The position numbers were made by a program, and so were the translations under genes. Below, in pieces: positions 62,631 to 64,000 of a stretch of 64,000 nucleotides of DNA. The first letter of the stretch is position 1. Every line of letters begins with the position of its first letter. This DNA comes from Neoechinorhynchus agilis (lineage: Eukaryota; Animalia; Acanthocephala), in contig CM121341.1 in the NCBI GenBank assembly GCA_051530055.1, forward strand, positions 16,656,784 through 16,720,783, read 5' to 3'. The notes beneath the pieces were generated by a model, which had not been told where the DNA came from, made no database searches, and saw only the letters and a list, made by a program, of their open reading frames with translations.

Positions 62631-63170
62631 TTATTTTAGACGACGTATAAGACCGAAAATGTTTGGTAAATAATCCGATAGCCATCGGTCCGTGATGATC
62701 ATCCATTCAACCATCGAAATGTTTGAGTCGTTGAGAAATATGGAAATGCTTGCCGGTAGAGATGCCACCGATGGTTGTTTGATTGCAGTCCACAAAATTG
62801 CGGCAGATATTATGAGCCAAATTACAATCAGGAATTTAAGCACAAGATTCGAAATCGCTGTAATTTTATTTTCATCTTGCTTTTTGAGTTCATCGTTGAC
62901 ATATTGAGTTATTTTGTTTATTTGCCGACCAATTTGGAAATAACGGAGCATATCTCGTTCCTGGTTTAATTGGCTACGCTCTTTTATCAATCGCTTCACT
63001 TCCGCTGTCTGTTTTTCGAACTGTTTCAATCGGAGGCGTTTTAGAAGGCTTAAATAACATTCGTAGATGAATATAAGGAATACTGGTAAAAAGCGAAGGC
63101 TAAGAACGAGACAGACGCCCAAAATGAGCAAGTGAAGATTTGGTCGTCGTTGAGATGACGGCTGTTTCAT
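62631..63170 (-). CDS. GET1/WRB-like tail-anchored protein insertion receptor
   Basis: TM, then coiled coil (ERSQLNQERDMLRYFQIGRQINKI), TM, PSVASLP and TM-like end. Confidence 0.7.
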   Translation of the reverse strand: MKQPSSQRRPNLHLLILGVCLVLSLRFLPVFLIFIYECYLSLLKRLRLKQFEKQTAEVKRLIKERSQLNQERDMLRYFQIGRQINKITQYVNDELKKQDENKITAISNLVLKFLIVIWLIISAAILWTAIKQPSVASLPASISIFLNDSNISMVEWMIITDRWLSDYLPNIFGLIRRLK

Positions 63171-63815
63171 AGATTTGCCCTTTGTTAGAAATGTCTAGAA
63201 ATGCAGAAGGAATCTAAATGCGTCAAGGAAAAGAAATGAATAAAAGAGTCATTTAGGTCTTCATGCGATAAATAACACTTCTGATCACCTGGCAACTCAC
63301 ATATAAAAGAAATGGAGAATGTCTAATGAATTAACAAATGGTGGTCGAACTGACTCAAGTACCGAGGATTTGACTGACTTCAAAAGATGGGTAGAATCTC
63401 AATTAACTCGGTTCGTATCCGAATATGTAAAAAACCAACTAGTTCAGATAATACCGACCCAAAAGTTATTCTTGAAGTTGCTCCTTGTACGTAGAAAGTA
63501 TTATCGCAAAAATTCGTCAATGACATTGAATTAATGGGCCCACAAGTCAGAAGAAAATGCGTTTCGGTCGGAGATGATCTTTATTTTAAATTTGCTAAGC
63601 ATTGAATCAAGCGTTTACATTGCGTACAGACTAGTTTTTACCGCAATCTTCCAAGGTTTTTGTGCATTCTTTGAGCGAAAGATACCCGATTCTCGCTTAA
63701 TGTGGTGTCCGTTTGTGATATCTCTGCCCCATTGAAATCCCCTAAGAAAACCTATAGCCGAAATTTTTGTCACTAATCTCAATTAAAAATTTCGGCGTTA
63801 ATGTTCGCCTTCAAT

Positions 63816-64000
63816 CTAAGAAAAGTTCACAGCTTCTAGGATCTTATCAGCTACATAAGACGATCTTAAAAACTTCCCGCTCGCAACACCGACAAAGCCA
63901 AGCTTCTCAGCCTCCAGTTTCCAGTATTCGAATTTCTCATCACTTATGAACTCTTTGACCTTTAGATGATTCTTGATCGGTTGAAGGTACTGACCAAGTG
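63816..64000 (-). CDS. LIAS: Lipoyl synthase C-terminus (partial; gene continues beyond the window)
   Basis: LGQYLQPIKNHLKVKEFISDEKFEYW...LGFVGVASGKFLRSSY*, missed by the ORF track. Confidence 0.9.
   Translation of the reverse strand, partial: LGQYLQPIKNHLKVKEFISDEKFEYWKLEAEKLGFVGVASGKFLRSSYVADKILEAVNFS

Noticed and set aside
63319-63590. Possible 2-exon protein of about 77 aa (MSNELTNGG...)
   Set aside because: A plausible GT-AG model exists, but there is no homology or other support.

Overview
Animal (metazoan) genomic DNA from a compact, AT-rich genome with short introns. About 19 protein-coding genes are recognisable: an SDR/RDH, a ZFAND zinc finger, TRIM71/lin-41-like, PIG-X, mRpS25, POLR1D, a Src-like kinase, CHID1, DEGS1, PUSL1-like, mRpL27, mRpL11, PP2A B56, atlastin, ACP6-like, HINT, MTHFSD, GET1/WRB and the LIAS 3' end. 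The window also holds a 17.3-kb higher-order satellite (11971-29256), a small 131-bp tandem array, and remnants of Penelope-like (with hammerhead-like motifs), CRE, RTE and CR1/L2 retroelements, a tRNA-Ser-derived SINE and foldback MITEs. Main observation: at least five conserved genes are interrupted by 40-503 nt inserts. Each carries inverted repeats, is bounded by TA...TA or TA...CA, and has no GT-AG pair that restores the homolog-like protein. Many ordinary short GT-AG/GC-AG introns here also fold into hairpins. Together this suggests a structure-defined, transposon-derived non-canonical intron system; precise IES-like DNA excision is a less likely alternative. Separately, nine genes have an AG directly before the start ATG and several same-strand genes are only 52-92 nt apart, which suggests SL trans-splicing and operons. 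The organism cannot be identified from sequence alone. The feature combination resembles larvacean tunicates such as Fritillaria (inference). All splicing models and homology calls are by eye, without RNA data or database searches.
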